Assembly: GCA_964016885.1 (NCBI GenBank)
Contig: OZ024742.1
Location: 286,006,001-286,070,000, forward strand
Length of the DNA stretch: 64,000 nucleotides
Origin: Eledone cirrhosa
Taxonomy: Eukaryota
Direction of reading: 5' to 3'
This document shows positions 50,125 to 64,000 of the stretch, piece by piece (within the stretch, counting starts at the first letter, position 1; every line of letters begins with the position of its first letter). A program made the translations under genes and the position numbers. The notes beneath the pieces were generated by a model. The model saw only the letters and a list, made by a program, of their open reading frames with translations. It was not told the DNA's origin and did no database searches.

Positions 50125-50483
50125 TATATTAATAAATGGAAACTTTATTTATAAAACCATATTTATTTTATTATACATATTTCAAGGGCAACCAAGGCAA
50201 ATTATGGTGCGTTTTCATCAGATAAAATACAGATTTGTTTTATAAATAAATATTGACATAACCGGAAAAAAAGACAACCTTAACGGTTGTAGCTTCCTAG
50301 AAGCTCCAACCAGGAAGCTCCAACCGTTAAGGTTGTTTTTTTCCGGTTATGTCAATATTTATGTTTAAAACAAATCTGTATTTTATCTGATGAAAGCGCA
50401 CCATAATTTGCCTTGGTTGCTCTTGAAATATGTATAATAAAATAAATATGGTTTTATAAATATAGTTTCCATTTATTAATATA
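50125..50483. mobile_element. Fold-back element (about 173-bp arms) with two outward-facing HHR motifs
   Basis: Plus strand 50379-50444: TATTTTAT-CTGATGA-stem II-GAAA-TATGTA-TA-ATAAAATA; mirror copy on the minus strand at 50164-50229. Confidence 0.75.
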
Positions 50484-50538
50484 GTGTATATTTACTCCAC
50501 TAATCAATTATGAAAATGTTTTAAATTAAATATAACCT

Positions 50539-50947
<409 letters not shown>

Positions 50948-51319
50948 TATATATAACGAAACAAAGGCGCCATTCAAGGATTTACAGTGGATTAGTTTTA
51001 AAAACTGCGTGCGTCGTCGTTGATCCATTGACCTACTGTCCTAATGACATAAGTCTGTATTAATTACATAAACTAATTATTAATATGAGATGAATAGAGT
51101 GTTAAATGTCATCATCATCATCATCATCAGCAGCAGCATCATTAGCATCATTGTGGCCAGTAGCAGCAGTAGCAATCACTGCCAGAACCATTATCACTTA
51201 TCTACGTCACCTGCCAATCATCATCACCAATACGATCACCAATCGCTGTCATAATTATTATTTTTTACGTCACTAATATTAGTCTAGTCAGCATTAGTAG
51301 CACTGTTTAGCAACGTCAA

Positions 51320-53460
51320 CCCTACCGCCACCAACACCACCACCAATACCACCACCGACAGCTCTACCACTACCACCACCACCACCACCAGAACACCACT
51401 ACCACCAGCGCCACCAACACCACTACTACTACCACCACCACAGCCACCAACGCCACTACCACTACCACTACCAGCACCACCACCACCAGAACACCACAAG
51501 CACCACCGCCACCAACACCACTACTACTACCACCACTGCCACCAACACCACTACCAATACCACTACCACTACCACCACCACCACCAACACCACTAGAACA
51601 CAACAACCTCCACCGCCACCAACATCACTACTACTACCATCACAACCACCAACACCACTACCAACACCACTACCACTACAACAGCCACCAACACCACTAC
51701 CACTACCACCACCGCCACCAACACCACTATCACCATCGCCACCACCACCACTACCACTACCACCACCGCCACCGACACCACTACTACTACCACCACCGCC
51801 ACCAACACCACTACCACTACCACCACCGCCACCAACACCACTACCATTACCACCACCGCCACCAACACCACTACCACCGCCGCCACCAACACCACTACCA
51901 CTACCACCACCGCCACCAACACCACTACCACCACCGCCACCAACACTACTACTACCACCACCGCCACCAACACCACTACCACCACCGCCACCAACACCAC
52001 TACCACCACCACCGCCACCAACACCACTACCACCACCGCCACCAACACCACTATCACCACCACCGCCACCAACACCACTACCACTACCACCACCGCCACC
52101 AACACCCACTACCACTACCACCACCGCCACCCAACACCACTACCACTACCACCACCGCCACCAACACCACTACCACCACCGCCACCAACACCACCTATCA
52201 CCACCACCCGCCACCAACACCACTACCACCACCGCCACCAACACCACTATCACCGCCACCAACACCACTACCACTACCACCACCGCCACCAACACCCACT
52301 ATCACTACCACCACCGCCACCAACACCACTACCACCACCGCCACCAACACCACTATCACCACCACCGCCACCAACACCACTACCACCACCGCCACCAACA
52401 CCACTACCACCAACCGCCACCAACACCACTATCACCACCACCGCCACCAACACCACTACCACCACCGCCACCAACACCACTATCACCGCCACCAACACCA
52501 CTACCACTACCACCACCGCCCACCAACACCACTTATCACTACCACCACCGCCACCAACACCACTACCACCACCGCCACCAACACCACTATCACCACCACC
52601 GCCACCAACACCACTACCACCACCGCCACCAACACCACTACCACCACCGCCACCAACACCACTATCACCACCACCACGCCACCAACACCACTACCACCAC
52701 CGCCACCAACACCACTACCACCACCGCCACCAACACCACTACCACCCACCGCCACCAACACCACTACCACCACCGCCACCAACACCACTATCACCACCAC
52801 CGCCACCAACACCACTACCACCACCGCCACCAACACCACTACCACCACCGCCACCAACACCACTATCACCACCACCGCCACCACACCACTACCACCACCG
52901 CCCACCAACACCACTATCACCACCACCGCCACCAACACCACCGTCCGTCACCACCATCGTCACCATCACCATCATAACACCCCATCATCATCATCACAAT
53001 CACCACCATCACCACTACCGTCACCATCAACACCACCATCACCACCATCACCATCATCACCATCATAACACCCCATCATCATCACAATCACCACCATCAC
53101 CACTACCGCCACCACCATCACTATCATCACCACCATCACCATCATCCCCACCATAACACCCCATCATCATCACCATCACCACCATCACCACTACCGCCAC
53201 CATCATCACCATCACCACCATCACCACTACCGTCACCATCAACACCACCATCACTATCATCACCACCATCACCATCATCCCCACCATAACACCCCATCAT
53301 CATCACAATCACCACCATCACCACTACCGCCACCACCATCACTATCATCACCACCATCACCATCATCCCCACCATAACACCCCATCATCATCACCATCAC
53401 CACCATCACCACTACCGTCACCATCAACACCACCATCACTATCATCATCATCACCATCAT
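51320..53460. repeat. About 2.1-kb (CCA)n-derived minisatellite (ccaccgccaccaacaccacta-type units, then catcac-type units)
   Basis: Direct reading; frame-breaking indels present. Confidence 0.9.
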
Positions 53461-53940
53461 CAAAATACGACGGTCAAAATACTTCACGGTATTTAGTAAC
53501 GAATTTCTCCGTTCTGAGTTCAAATCCCGCCGAGGATCAATTGTGTTTTTCATCCTTTTAAGGGGTTGGTATAATAAGCTACCAGTCACGTAATGTTAGT
53601 CTCTCTCTCTCGCGCTCTCTCTTTCTCTTTCTCTCATTCTCTCTCCCCTTCTCTCATTCTCTCTCCCCTTCTCTCTCTCTCTCACTCTCTCCCTCTCTCC
53701 TTCTCTCTTACCTTCTCGCCCCCCCCCCCCCTCTTTCTCTGGTTGTCTCTCTTTCTCTCTCATTCACTCTCTCCTTCTCTCTCCCCCCTCTCTCTCCCCT
53801 TCTCTCTCCCCTTCTCTCTCTCTCTTCCTTCCCCCTCTCTCTCCCCTTCTCTCTCTCTCTTCCTTCACCCCTCTCCACATTTAAATTAGATCTTCCTTCT
53901 TCTTCACTCTTGATTTAACCCTCTCTCATTCGTCTTTATT

Positions 53941-54513
53941 CGGTGGAGGGTCGGGCGTCATGCTAGGGCGGTGGATTGGCAGTATCGGTGGAGGGTCGGA
54001 CACCATGCTAGGGCGGTGGATTGGCAGTATCGGTGGAGGGTCGGACAACATGCTAGGGCGGTGGATTGGCAGTATCGGTGGAGGGTCGGACGCCATGCTA
54101 GGGAGGTGCATTGGCAGTATCGATGGAGGGTCGGACGCCATGCTAGGGCGGTGGATTGGCAGTATCGGTGGAGGGTCGGACGCCATGCTAGGGAGGTGGA
54201 TTGGCAGTATCGGTGGAGGGTCGGACGCCATGCTAGGGAGGTGGATTGGCAGTATCGGTGGAGGGTCGGACGCCATGCTAGGGAGGTGGATTGGCAGTAT
54301 CGGTGGAGGGTCGGACGCCATGCTAGGGAGGTGGATTGGCAGTATCGGTAGAGGGTCGGACGCCATGCCTTCCAGCATAGTTACGTCCCTTTATTGTCTG
54401 AGTTCAAATCCCGCTGAGGTTAACTTTGCCTTTCATCCTTACGGGGTCAATAAAATAAAGTACCAGTAATGCACTGGTTAATTGCTGGCCTTGTGCCTAA
54501 AGTAGAAACAATT
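53941..54513 (+). repeat. 45-bp tandem repeat of the S1 SINE head (about 9 units) ending in a complete SINE
   Basis: Unit ggg(c/a)ggtggattggcagtatcggtggagggtcggacgccatgcta. Confidence 0.92.
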
Positions 54514-55227
54514 ATGTCTCCTCTCCTTTCCTTGCCCTTACAATTCTCTCTCTCTCTCTCGTTTTCTCTCTTTCTCTCTCATTCACTCTCTCCCTCTCTT
54601 CTTCTCTCTCCCCTTCTCTCTCTCTCTCATTCTCTCTCTCCCTCTCTCCTTCTCTATTACCTTCTCTCTTCCCTTCTCTCTCTCTCTCTCGTTCTCTCTC
54701 TTTCTCTCTCATTCACTCGCTCTCTCTCTCTTCCTTCCCCCCTCTCCACATTTAAATTGGATCTTGCTTCTCCTTCCTCACTCTTGATTTAACCCTCTCT
54801 CATTCGTCTTTATTATGTCTCCTCTCCTTTGTCTTTCATCCTTACGGGGCCAATAAAATAAAGTACCAGTAATACACTGGGTAATTGCTGGCCTTGTGCC
54901 AAAAGTAGAAACAATTATATCTCCTCTCCTTTCCTTGCCCTTACAATTCTCTCTCTCTCTCTCTCTGCTCTATCTCCTTCTCTCTCTGCTCTCTCTCTGC
55001 TCTCTCTCCCTCTCTCTAAGCTCTCTCTGTGTCTCCCCCTGCCCCTTCTCCCCCTCTCTGCTCTATCTCCTTCTCTCTCTGCTCTCTCTCTGCTCTCTCT
55101 CCTTCTCTCTAAGCTCTCTCTGTGTCTCCCTCTCCCCATCTCCCCCCTTCTCCCCCTCTCTAAGCTCTCTCTGTGTCTCCCCCTCCTTCTCTCTCTCTCT
55201 AGCTATCAGTGTCAAATGTTTTACGCA

Positions 55228-55558
55228 AATAATGATTTCTAGTATAGGCAGAAGGCCAGTAATTTTGGTGGAGGGGAAAGTCAATTAAATCGACCCCAGT
55301 ACGTTACTGGTACTTTTATCGACCTCGTAAGGATGAAAGGCAAAGTTAACCTCGGCGAGATTTGAACTCAGAACGTAAAGGACCGTAACTCTATGCTGCA
55401 AAGGATGGTGTCCGCCACTCTACTGATACTGCTAAACCACCAATAATTGTTTCTACTTTTTGGCACAAGGCCATCAAATATCCAGTACATTACTGGTACT
55501 TTATTTTATCGACCCCGTAAGGATGAAAGGCAAAGTTGACCTCGGCGGGATTTGAACT
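55228..55558 (-). mobile_element. Two tandem S1 SINEs
   Basis: Reverse-complement S1 motifs. Confidence 0.8.
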
Positions 55559-55943
55559 CCAATAATGATAGCAATCGGAATCGAGGACCGTTTTTCGTTC
55601 TTTCTTTGACCCTCTCTCCATCATTCTCCCTTTCACTTCTATGTAAGTTCTTCCCTCTCATCACTCCTCAATTAACTCCCCCTCTCTCATTCTCCTTTCT
55701 TTGGTTACCTCTCTTCACTCGCTCTATCAAACATTTACCCCCCCCCCGCTCCATCTCTCTCCTCTCTCTATATACTCTACATCTAACACAGAGTGACATG
55801 TTTCACGCTAATAATGATAGCTATCTGCAACGAGTGCCGTTTAATTGCTTGCGCAAAGATAACTTGAAATAAAAGAAGTCGTTGTGTCTCAGACTTTTAA
55901 GAGATAGGCAATTTTCTATGCTCCACCTTTTATACACCCCCCC

Positions 55944-55975
<32 letters not shown>

Positions 55976-56037
55976 CTATATACGTATGGATGTATATGTT
56001 TGTGTGTGTATATATATATATACGAATTTTAGTACAG

Positions 56038-56088
<51 letters not shown>

Positions 56089-56166
56089 TATAGAAACATT
56101 TAAATATATATTTACACACAAACCTATTTTGCTAGAGACTCCATTCTGTGGATCATTAACAAATGC

Positions 56167-56572
<406 letters not shown>

Positions 56573-56676
56573 ATATATATATATTATATATATATATATA
56601 TAAATATATATGTATGTATGTATGTATATGTATATATATATGTGAGAAAAACCACAGACCCTCCATCTCAACTCTA

Positions 56677-56712
56677 CTTTTGAAAAGCAGAAGAACTGCG
56701 AAACCGGTAAAG
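56677..56712 (+). ncRNA. Minimal HHR-like motif, U3-A8 variant
   Basis: CTT-TTGAAAA-GCAG aagaa CTGC-GAAA-CCGG-TA-AAG; stem I only 3 bp. Confidence 0.4.
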
Positions 56713-57358
56713 GAACCAAATAAATATATATATTTTTTTTTAAATAAGACTCCTGTTGCATTTTCGATTTCATCTTTTTTTCTTTAGACTTTCACTCGTG
56801 TAGGACACCTCAGTTATTTTTCATTTTGTAAAAAAAAACTCACTTTCTAATATATATACATATATATATATATCTTTGATTTAAAAATATTTTTCATTCT
56901 CATATATTGTTTCATTTTTATACATATATCGAGAATGACACTTCTTTTTACTATTACACTCCCTTGCCTCCTTATCTTCCGCATATAAGTGACCGTGTGT
57001 GTTTATACGCGTGCTTTCATACTCGTATGTGTATTTAATACCTGTATCTGGATGCGTGTTAACTATATTATCATACAATTTCTTTTTCAACTCATATTAT
57101 ATACGTATTTGTGGTCACATATACACAAATATACTTGCCCTCATATATGTACTTACGCACACATTTTCACCATACACATGCATTTGTACATACACACATA
57201 TGTACATTTGTGAGTGTATATACATACATATACACATACCCGAACTATATTTCCTTATTTTTTTATATATTTCTTGGATTAATTTTATTTATATATTTTT
57301 TGCCCGTTAAACTCTTGCATTTCTTGAGGAGACTTTTCAAATATTTCACTATGTTTTA

Positions 57359-57437
57359 AATTGCCTTGTCCGACGAACGATTGAGGACGTTTTTTCGTAT
57401 TCGTCTTATTCGGGAAACCTCTGGTAATGAGGTAATT
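57359..57437 (+). ncRNA. Type I HHR-like motif, U4C variant
   Basis: AATTGCCTTGT-CCGACGA-aCGAttGAGGACG...CGTCTTatTCGg-GAAA-CCTCTGG-TA-ATGAGGTAATT; 11-bp stem I with G-U pairs, GUA site. Confidence 0.55.
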
Positions 57438-57604
57438 ATATTGCATTGTTTATTATACATTAAATTTTGCTCTGGTACTTACATAGAGCACTCTTCACTC
57501 CTATGACTTTTTCAATTTTCAACGGAAACTTCAATACTTATATATATATATATATTATGGAATACTGTTGGCTTCTTGCTACAATACTTTCTATACCTTT
57601 CATT

Positions 57605-57638
<34 letters not shown>

Positions 57639-57778
57639 TACATGAGAAAAACCGAAGGTAACAAGATCCGAAAAGATACGATCTCTATAATCAATTTTAT
57701 TTGTCCTGTTTTTACTTATTTACGAGTAATACTTCAAACTTACTTACAAATCTAGATATAATAATAGTTACGTGGATT

Positions 57779-57882
<104 letters not shown>

Positions 57883-58162
57883 TGTATAGCTGTGAAGTGC
57901 GTGTGTGTACATATATATATATATACATATTTACTTACCACACATACTTATGTAATTATATACGTATATAGTTACTTTATACACGTGTGTATGTGTATAT
58001 ATTTATTTTAATATATATGCACTTTTTTTCTTTATCTTCTCGTATCTAGCATTTCATTCTATCTATCTATCTTTTCTTGTGCGCCCTTGTGGCTAATAAA
58101 TAAATATATCTATCTACCCATCTATGTATCTATCCATCTATCTATCTATCTATCTATCTATC

Positions 58163-58321
58163 GATATCATTTCGGAAGAAGGATCAGGATGGAGAGAGAG
58201 GTGCTGCACCCCAGCCGTTTCTATGAAAGATGGGTGAAAGTGGCGAGAATGGCCCGTGTGAATGGGCCTTCACTCTACATCAGACTATAGGTGAGGAAGA
58301 TGAAAGACCAAGGGAGCACCC
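58163..58321 (+). pseudogene. Tx1 ORF2 C-terminal fragment (third family) running into the gap
   Basis: YHFGRRIRMEREVLHPSRFYERWVKVARMARVNGPSLYIRL matches the ORF2 ends of A and B; a Tx1-type 3' end cccttgtggctaataaa lies at about 58084-58100. Confidence 0.8.
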
Positions 58322-58521
58322 NNNNNNNNNNNNNNNNNNNNNNNNNNNNNNNNNNNNNNNNNNNNNNNNNNNNNNNNNNNNNNNNNNNNNNNNNNNNNNN
58401 NNNNNNNNNNNNNNNNNNNNNNNNNNNNNNNNNNNNNNNNNNNNNNNNNNNNNNNNNNNNNNNNNNNNNNNNNNNNNNNNNNNNNNNNNNNNNNNNNNNN
58501 NNNNNNNNNNNNNNNNNNNNN
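58322..58521. other. Assembly gap (200 N)
   Basis: Run of N. Confidence 1.
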
Positions 58522-58549
58522 GGGAAAATACGTGGCTGTAGGTTCGATA

Positions 58550-58795
58550 TTCTATATTAAGTATTATATATATAATATATATGACGTTTCTGTATATTAA
58601 ATATTAAGTATTATGGTATATACTATCATATAATATATATGTCGTTTCTGTACATTCAATATTATGAATTATCATATATAGTATCAAAAATATATATATT
58701 GTTTCTGTACATTCAATATTTAGTATTATTGTATATACTATCATAATAGACATATGATGGATTTGTACATTCAATATTAAGTTTTATGGTATTTA
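58550..58795. repeat. AT-rich ~56-bp minisatellite, about 4 copies
   Basis: tcaatattaagtattatggtatatactatcatataatatatatgtcgtttctgtacat-like unit. Confidence 0.75.
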
Positions 58796-58801
58796 GTGTC
58801 T

Positions 58802-59025
58802 TCTATATATCTAAAACAGAGAATGCCTGTCTGTCTCTCTGACTTACTCCCTAAAACTCGAGAACCACCCAACCGATTTTTTTCAAACTTTACACAGGTA
58901 ATACTTATGGTCGCGTGAGTGTCAAATTTTCAATGCCCTAGGGACCGCATTAGATAGCTATAACGTCGTGCCCTTATAATATCTATCTGTATGTCTGGTT
59001 GTCTGCATTACGGCATTATGACACT

Positions 59026-59079
<54 letters not shown>

Positions 59080-59656
59080 TGTAACGTTTTTCGAAATATT
59101 TACTTCTGCGTTCACAGATTGATTTTTTTAGTTTCAGAAGATCCCGTTTAGGATGAAAGCAGCGATTCTTCGCTTAAACTTTAATCTGTTATTTTAATAT
59201 ATATATATATAATTATATATTCGTGTACAAATATTTTTGCATATACAATAACAAAATATAAACAAACGTATTTATTTCACGAGGCTCGATAAGGATAAAT
59301 ATATATCAAATATATAAGAACCTTAGCGCAAATATTGTTCCCATTGCTGACGAGGCAGAAAGGGGATATACACGATTGGATGAAGAAGGAAGGACGAGAC
59401 TGTGTTAGTAGTACGACCAACGGCCGCTATCACACCAACAGCAGCAAAAACAACAACAAAAAAGAAAGGGAACGCAATTACATGCTTTTGAAAAATCTTA
59501 ATGGAAAATTATTTGCCTATTCACCGAAGGCGACTTCACTTTTTATTAGGACTTCTGCATCAATTGGTGAACATGCGACGAAACTGTTTCAGAAAGGAGG
59601 GATAAACATGCCAATCTATGTTTAGAATCCCGAGCAACGCCGGGCCATTCTGCTAG
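58802..59656 (+). mobile_element. Non-autonomous Helitron with a nested insertion
   Basis: 5' tctatatatctaaaa..tgtctgtc..aaccgatttttttcaaacttt; 3' hairpin cccgagcaacgccggg then CTAG followed by T. Confidence 0.7.
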
Positions 59657-59754
59657 TATAATATATATGGTGTTTCTCCTATTCAACTTAAAATAGACAA
59701 TGTTGTATAAATGTGAATGTGGAAGGTTTCTTTAATAATCTGTTGTTAACAGAT

Positions 59755-59969
59755 AGTTGGTTCTGATTAAGACACAAGGCCAACAAATTTAGGGGAGGGG
59801 AATGTCGATTAAATCGACCCTAGTGCATTGCTGGTACTTTATTTCATCGACACCGGAAGGATGAAAGGCAAAGCTAACCTCGAAAGGATTTGAATTGAAA
59901 ACGTAAATTGGCGTAACTATGTGCTGCAAAGCATATTGTCCGGCGGTCTACCGATTCTGTCAATCCACC

Positions 59970-60025
<56 letters not shown>

Positions 60026-60026
60026 T

Positions 60027-60057
<31 letters not shown>

Positions 60058-60193
60058 ATGGTTTCTTATATAGGCACAAGGCCAGTTATTTTAGGGAGGG
60101 GGGAGGGAGTCGATTAAATCACCCCAGTGCGTTACTGGTACTTTATTTTATCGACCCCGTAAGGATGAAAAGCAAAGTTAACCCCGGAGGGAT
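59755..60193 (-). mobile_element. Two S1 SINE copies
   Basis: Reverse-complement S1 motifs. Confidence 0.75.
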
Positions 60194-60545
60194 TATTTAT
60201 AATAACAGTTGTTTTCTATTGTGAACGTTCCATAACTGAATAGTTAAAGAGTTCGCTTCGCATTCGTTAGGTCTGGTGTTCGATGCCATAACCTCCACAA
60301 AACTGTTGGTCTTGTGCCTAAATCAGAAACCATTACCTAAGTATAAATAAAGACAGATGATTGATAACATTATTCGACCTGTTCTTTACATTCTGTGTTC
60401 AAATCCCGCCGGGCCAACTTTTTCTTTCATCTTTCTGTAATCTATAAAATAAAGTACAAATTAAGTTCTTTGGTTTATTTGTTTACTTTCTCTTCTTCCA
60501 AAATTGTTGGCTTCGGGACTAAATAAGAAACATGTGTGTGTTGTG

Positions 60546-60785
60546 TTAACCCTTTAGTTACCAACGCGGCCAAAACCGGCTCTGGTTCTATGAAATAAAA
60601 TCACCCATTTTAAAGGTTTCCAATTTAAATTTAAATCTTCCAACATAATTTTATATAAGAACCTTACATTAATTTACTATCTCGGTAATGAAAAAATTTA
60701 TAATTTTAATAAATCCCTTGAAATTCTTCATTAATTAATTAAAATGGAGTGTATTTCATTAGAAATGTGGTCATGAAAGATTTAA
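60546..60785. mobile_element. piggyBac-like MITE
   Basis: TTAA-ccctttagttacc ... gtcatgaaagat-TTAA (right TIR degenerate). Confidence 0.5.
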
Positions 60786-61733
60786 ACCGTCTTTAGAACA
60801 GTTCTGAAGTAGTGATAGTATATAAACATATTTCACGCTCAGAGGTGCTGAAAAATAGAGCAAACTAACTGCATTAGTTGTTAGCTGTCGGGACACTGCA
60901 TCCTTCAAAACTTCCATGTTTCATGAAATTCGCCAACACCACATCTGATTTCCCCCTTCCATACACATGCACACACACGTGTGTGTGTGTGTGTGTGGGG
61001 GGGGGTATATATGTGTGTGTGTGTGTGTGTATCATAACACATACACTGTTCATTTTCCTGACTTTTGTACATTATTCTATGTAGTATACATGCATCTTTG
61101 ATGCATTGTAATGCATCTGAACACTGTACACAATAAATTTCATTATTATTATTATATTGATAATTGTAGGTACAACGACAGCAAATTTAAAGGAACGCCA
61201 AAGATGTTGCTCCTGGTAGTTATATTTGACTGTTGTGGCGTTAAATGAAGTGTGTTGCTAAAGAACACAAAACGGTGCCCGGTCTGGGTATCGAACACAC
61301 GACCTTAGATCGTGAGCCCATCACCCTTACCAGTAAGTCGCGTGCTTCACACAACCACCTATGGCAGTGTGAACAAACTGGAAACTTCAGTTTATATAAA
61401 CATTAATGCTTACGTTGGTAATTTATTCAATTTGATATTAAATTGTACACTTTGTAGCTAAGATATACGATAAATACATAAATACATAAATACATAAATT
61501 TTACATATGTTTACATAGGTCAGTAGGCGACGAAATAACGGAATTATTAGAATGTCAGATAGAATACTTTGTGATATTTGTTCTGACTCTTTGCTTTCTC
61601 AGTTCAAATCACGTCGAGGTCAACTTTGCCTTTCATCCTATCGTGGTCGAAAAAATAGTACCAGTCAAGTACTGTAGTCGATTCTTCCTCTATATCTATT
61701 TCTCACTTCCATTGTCTATATCTCTTTCTCACT

Positions 61734-61774
<41 letters not shown>

Positions 61775-61909
61775 TCTTCTTCTTCTTCTTCTTCTTCTTC
61801 TTCTTCTTCTCTGGATGAAATCTACTGTATTCATACCCGGAGAGGAGATGGGCTCTACCAGGTTTTAAAATACTCTAGAAACGCCGCATGACAAGTCACA
61901 CTAACAATA

Positions 61910-62100
61910 AAGTGGATCCTGTCAACGTTATGGGTAGTATCCCAAGGCCTGTCCCAGGCTTTGGTGCACAGGTGGGGTGGATTCTATTATGGGTAGTGTT
62001 CCTAGGCCTCTTGCCAGATTTTGCTGTTCAAGTAGGGTGGATTCTGTCAACGTTATAGGTAATGTCTTCAGACCTGTCACCAAGCTTTGGTGTTCAGGTG
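61910..62100. repeat. Three diverged ~60-65-bp tandem units
   Basis: gtggattctgtcaacgttat(g/a)ggta...ctttggtgttcaggtg. Confidence 0.7.
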
Positions 62101-62602
62101 AGCTTCAGAACCTTCTAGGTGGGCACGCTAATGCAAGGAATGTATTTTAGGACGTTTTGTTTTAATATTTTATTTTCAAAATCTAAAGGTGCATCATTGA
62201 AGAGTAGGTGGATATGGTGCCATCTAGTGCACAGCCCCTTCCTTGGCGACGGGCCCGACTGTCCTTTCTCCTCAGGCTAGATTATGAGAAAAAAAAAAGA
62301 AAAGAAAATCAAGAAAGAAAGACAGATCATAAAACAGTAACTATAGTAACTATCAATTATTTTTCGACACCAGTTGTTTTCAGAAAGGCTTGAGACAAAA
62401 AACAAAATTATAATTCTGCACGTCACGAGACAGACATTCCGGCTACAGTGGCTGTAGTTTTTGTCATGTGCAAGATAAAATAAACTCGAGAATATATTGT
62501 CGGCATGTGGGGTGGAATAGGAGAGACAAATAAGTGACTTCTAGCCCCCAGGTACAAAGATAAGATATAAAACCTTATATATACATACACACATACACAC
62601 AC

Positions 62603-62725
<123 letters not shown>

Positions 62726-62897
62726 ATATATGTATTTATAGACACACATATATATTAAACCATGAACAAAAGTATATCTAAGACGATGACGACAAAATTT
62801 CACCTAATTCAACAAGAGAGAGAGAGAGAGAGAGAACAGGTAAAAGTGTGTGTGGCTTAATTTCTTGTTCAGAATAAAAAGTGATGTGTCAGTCAAA

Positions 62898-63245
62898 CTT
62901 GCCACATTGTCGCCAAGACAGATGTCTTCTAGCATGTCACATTGGCACCAGGACTGATGTTTTCTAGCTTGTCACATTGCCACCAAGACTGATGTCTTAT
63001 AGCATGTCACATTGTCACCAAGACTGATGTCTTCTAACCTGTCACATTGTCGCCAAGACTGATGTCTTCTAGCTTGTCACATTGTCGCCAAGACTGATGT
63101 CGTTAAGCATGTCACATTGTCGCCAAGACTGATGTCTTCTAGCATGTCACATTGTCGCTATGGCTTATTTCTTCTAAAAACACCCAACAGTCCCGCTCTA
63201 TATCAATCTAGTTTGTCACATTGTCACCCAACTGCTGTCTTCTAG
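62898..63245. repeat. 35-bp minisatellite
   Basis: gtcacattgtcgccaagactgatgtcttctagc(a/t)t about 7-8 times. Confidence 0.9.
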
Positions 63246-63323
63246 AAACACCTAACAGTCCCGCTCTGTATAATTTGATCTTCATTGAAGATAATTTAAC
63301 AAAGTTTTGTGTGTATGTATGAT

Positions 63324-63355
<32 letters not shown>

Positions 63356-63407
63356 TGTATGTATGTATGTATGTATGTATGTATGTATGTATGTATGTAT
63401 GTATGTA

Positions 63408-63882
63408 TGGACATCCTGCAGGACTAAAAACAAAACCTGTCAAAGGGCAAAGGAGCTCTTAAGAGTCAATGGCCATCCAAAATCACCGAGAGAGATGACT
63501 CCTTAGCCTTTGTCAAGGCAGAATTCTAGGAAAAGGAAAACTCTGATGTAAAACCTGCAACCCTGATGGTATCCAATGATGTTGACTTGTTCTTCTTTTT
63601 GGTAAATATCATCTTGGTTAAGATGAGTTATAGTGCCTTTGCTCACTATAAAAGCTTCACAGCACAGGCATTGCTTTGTATCTGGAGATCTCTCTGCACT
63701 TGTCACATGGTACCATGGGCCCAGCACTATGTGTCAATAATTGTCACAAGTGTAGTGTCTGTACCAGAGTTTTCAAGTCGCTGGCTGGAATAAAAAGTCA
63801 CATTCGTTCAGCGCATCGGTAGGGGTTCTCCTACATGGATATAAAGTAGTGGCCGTACTCGAAAACGAGTTGGCAGCCACCA
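63408..63882 (+). mobile_element. Bipartite RTE derivative, copy of 43090-43715, bounded by (TATG)n
   Basis: High similarity to about 43228-43714. Confidence 0.75.
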
Positions 63883-64000
63883 TGTATGTATGTATGTATG
63901 TATGTATGTATGTATGTATGTATGTATGTATGTATGTATGTATGTATGTATATGTCAGGTCGCTCATCCAGTGATGTAGACCAGTTCTTTCTTTTAGGTA

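Noticed and set aside
51284-53589. Gly/Val-rich or Pro/Thr-rich ORFs suggesting a structural or mucin-like protein
   Set aside because: (CCA)n-derived repeat with frame-breaking indels and no splice or start context; the same texture occurs at 13365-13605
53926-54469. 15-aa repeat proteins (MASDPPPILPIHLPS and others) or a CRISPR-like array
   Set aside because: A 45-bp tandem SINE head; no unique spacers and no cas genes

Overview
Repeat-dominated eukaryotic DNA with no confidently identifiable host protein-coding gene. The dense (TA)n/(CA)n/(GA)n microsatellites and the SINE types resemble octopod cephalopod genomes (inference). Coding sequence belongs to retrotransposons: two near-intact, tandem, minus-strand Tx1-clade LINEs stacked in (AAT)n (about 30.4-42.4 kb), a decayed RTE LINE (22.75-25.88 kb), and short RTE, Tx1 and Helitron fragments. 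Also present are roughly 30 copies of one tRNA-derived SINE, CORE-type SINEs, a 5S-headed SINE, several MITEs and minisatellites. The main signal invisible to the ORF track is about 10 type I hammerhead-ribozyme (HHR) motifs, found by eye. They lie in short non-coding elements usually bordered by (TA)n, arranged as terminally redundant units (retrozyme-like) or fold-back palindromes (Penelope-like pseudo-LTR architecture). One is a full-length Schistosoma-type HHR with a compensatory U3-A8 core in a ~319-bp retrozyme unit. No folding program, database search or cleavage assay could be run.
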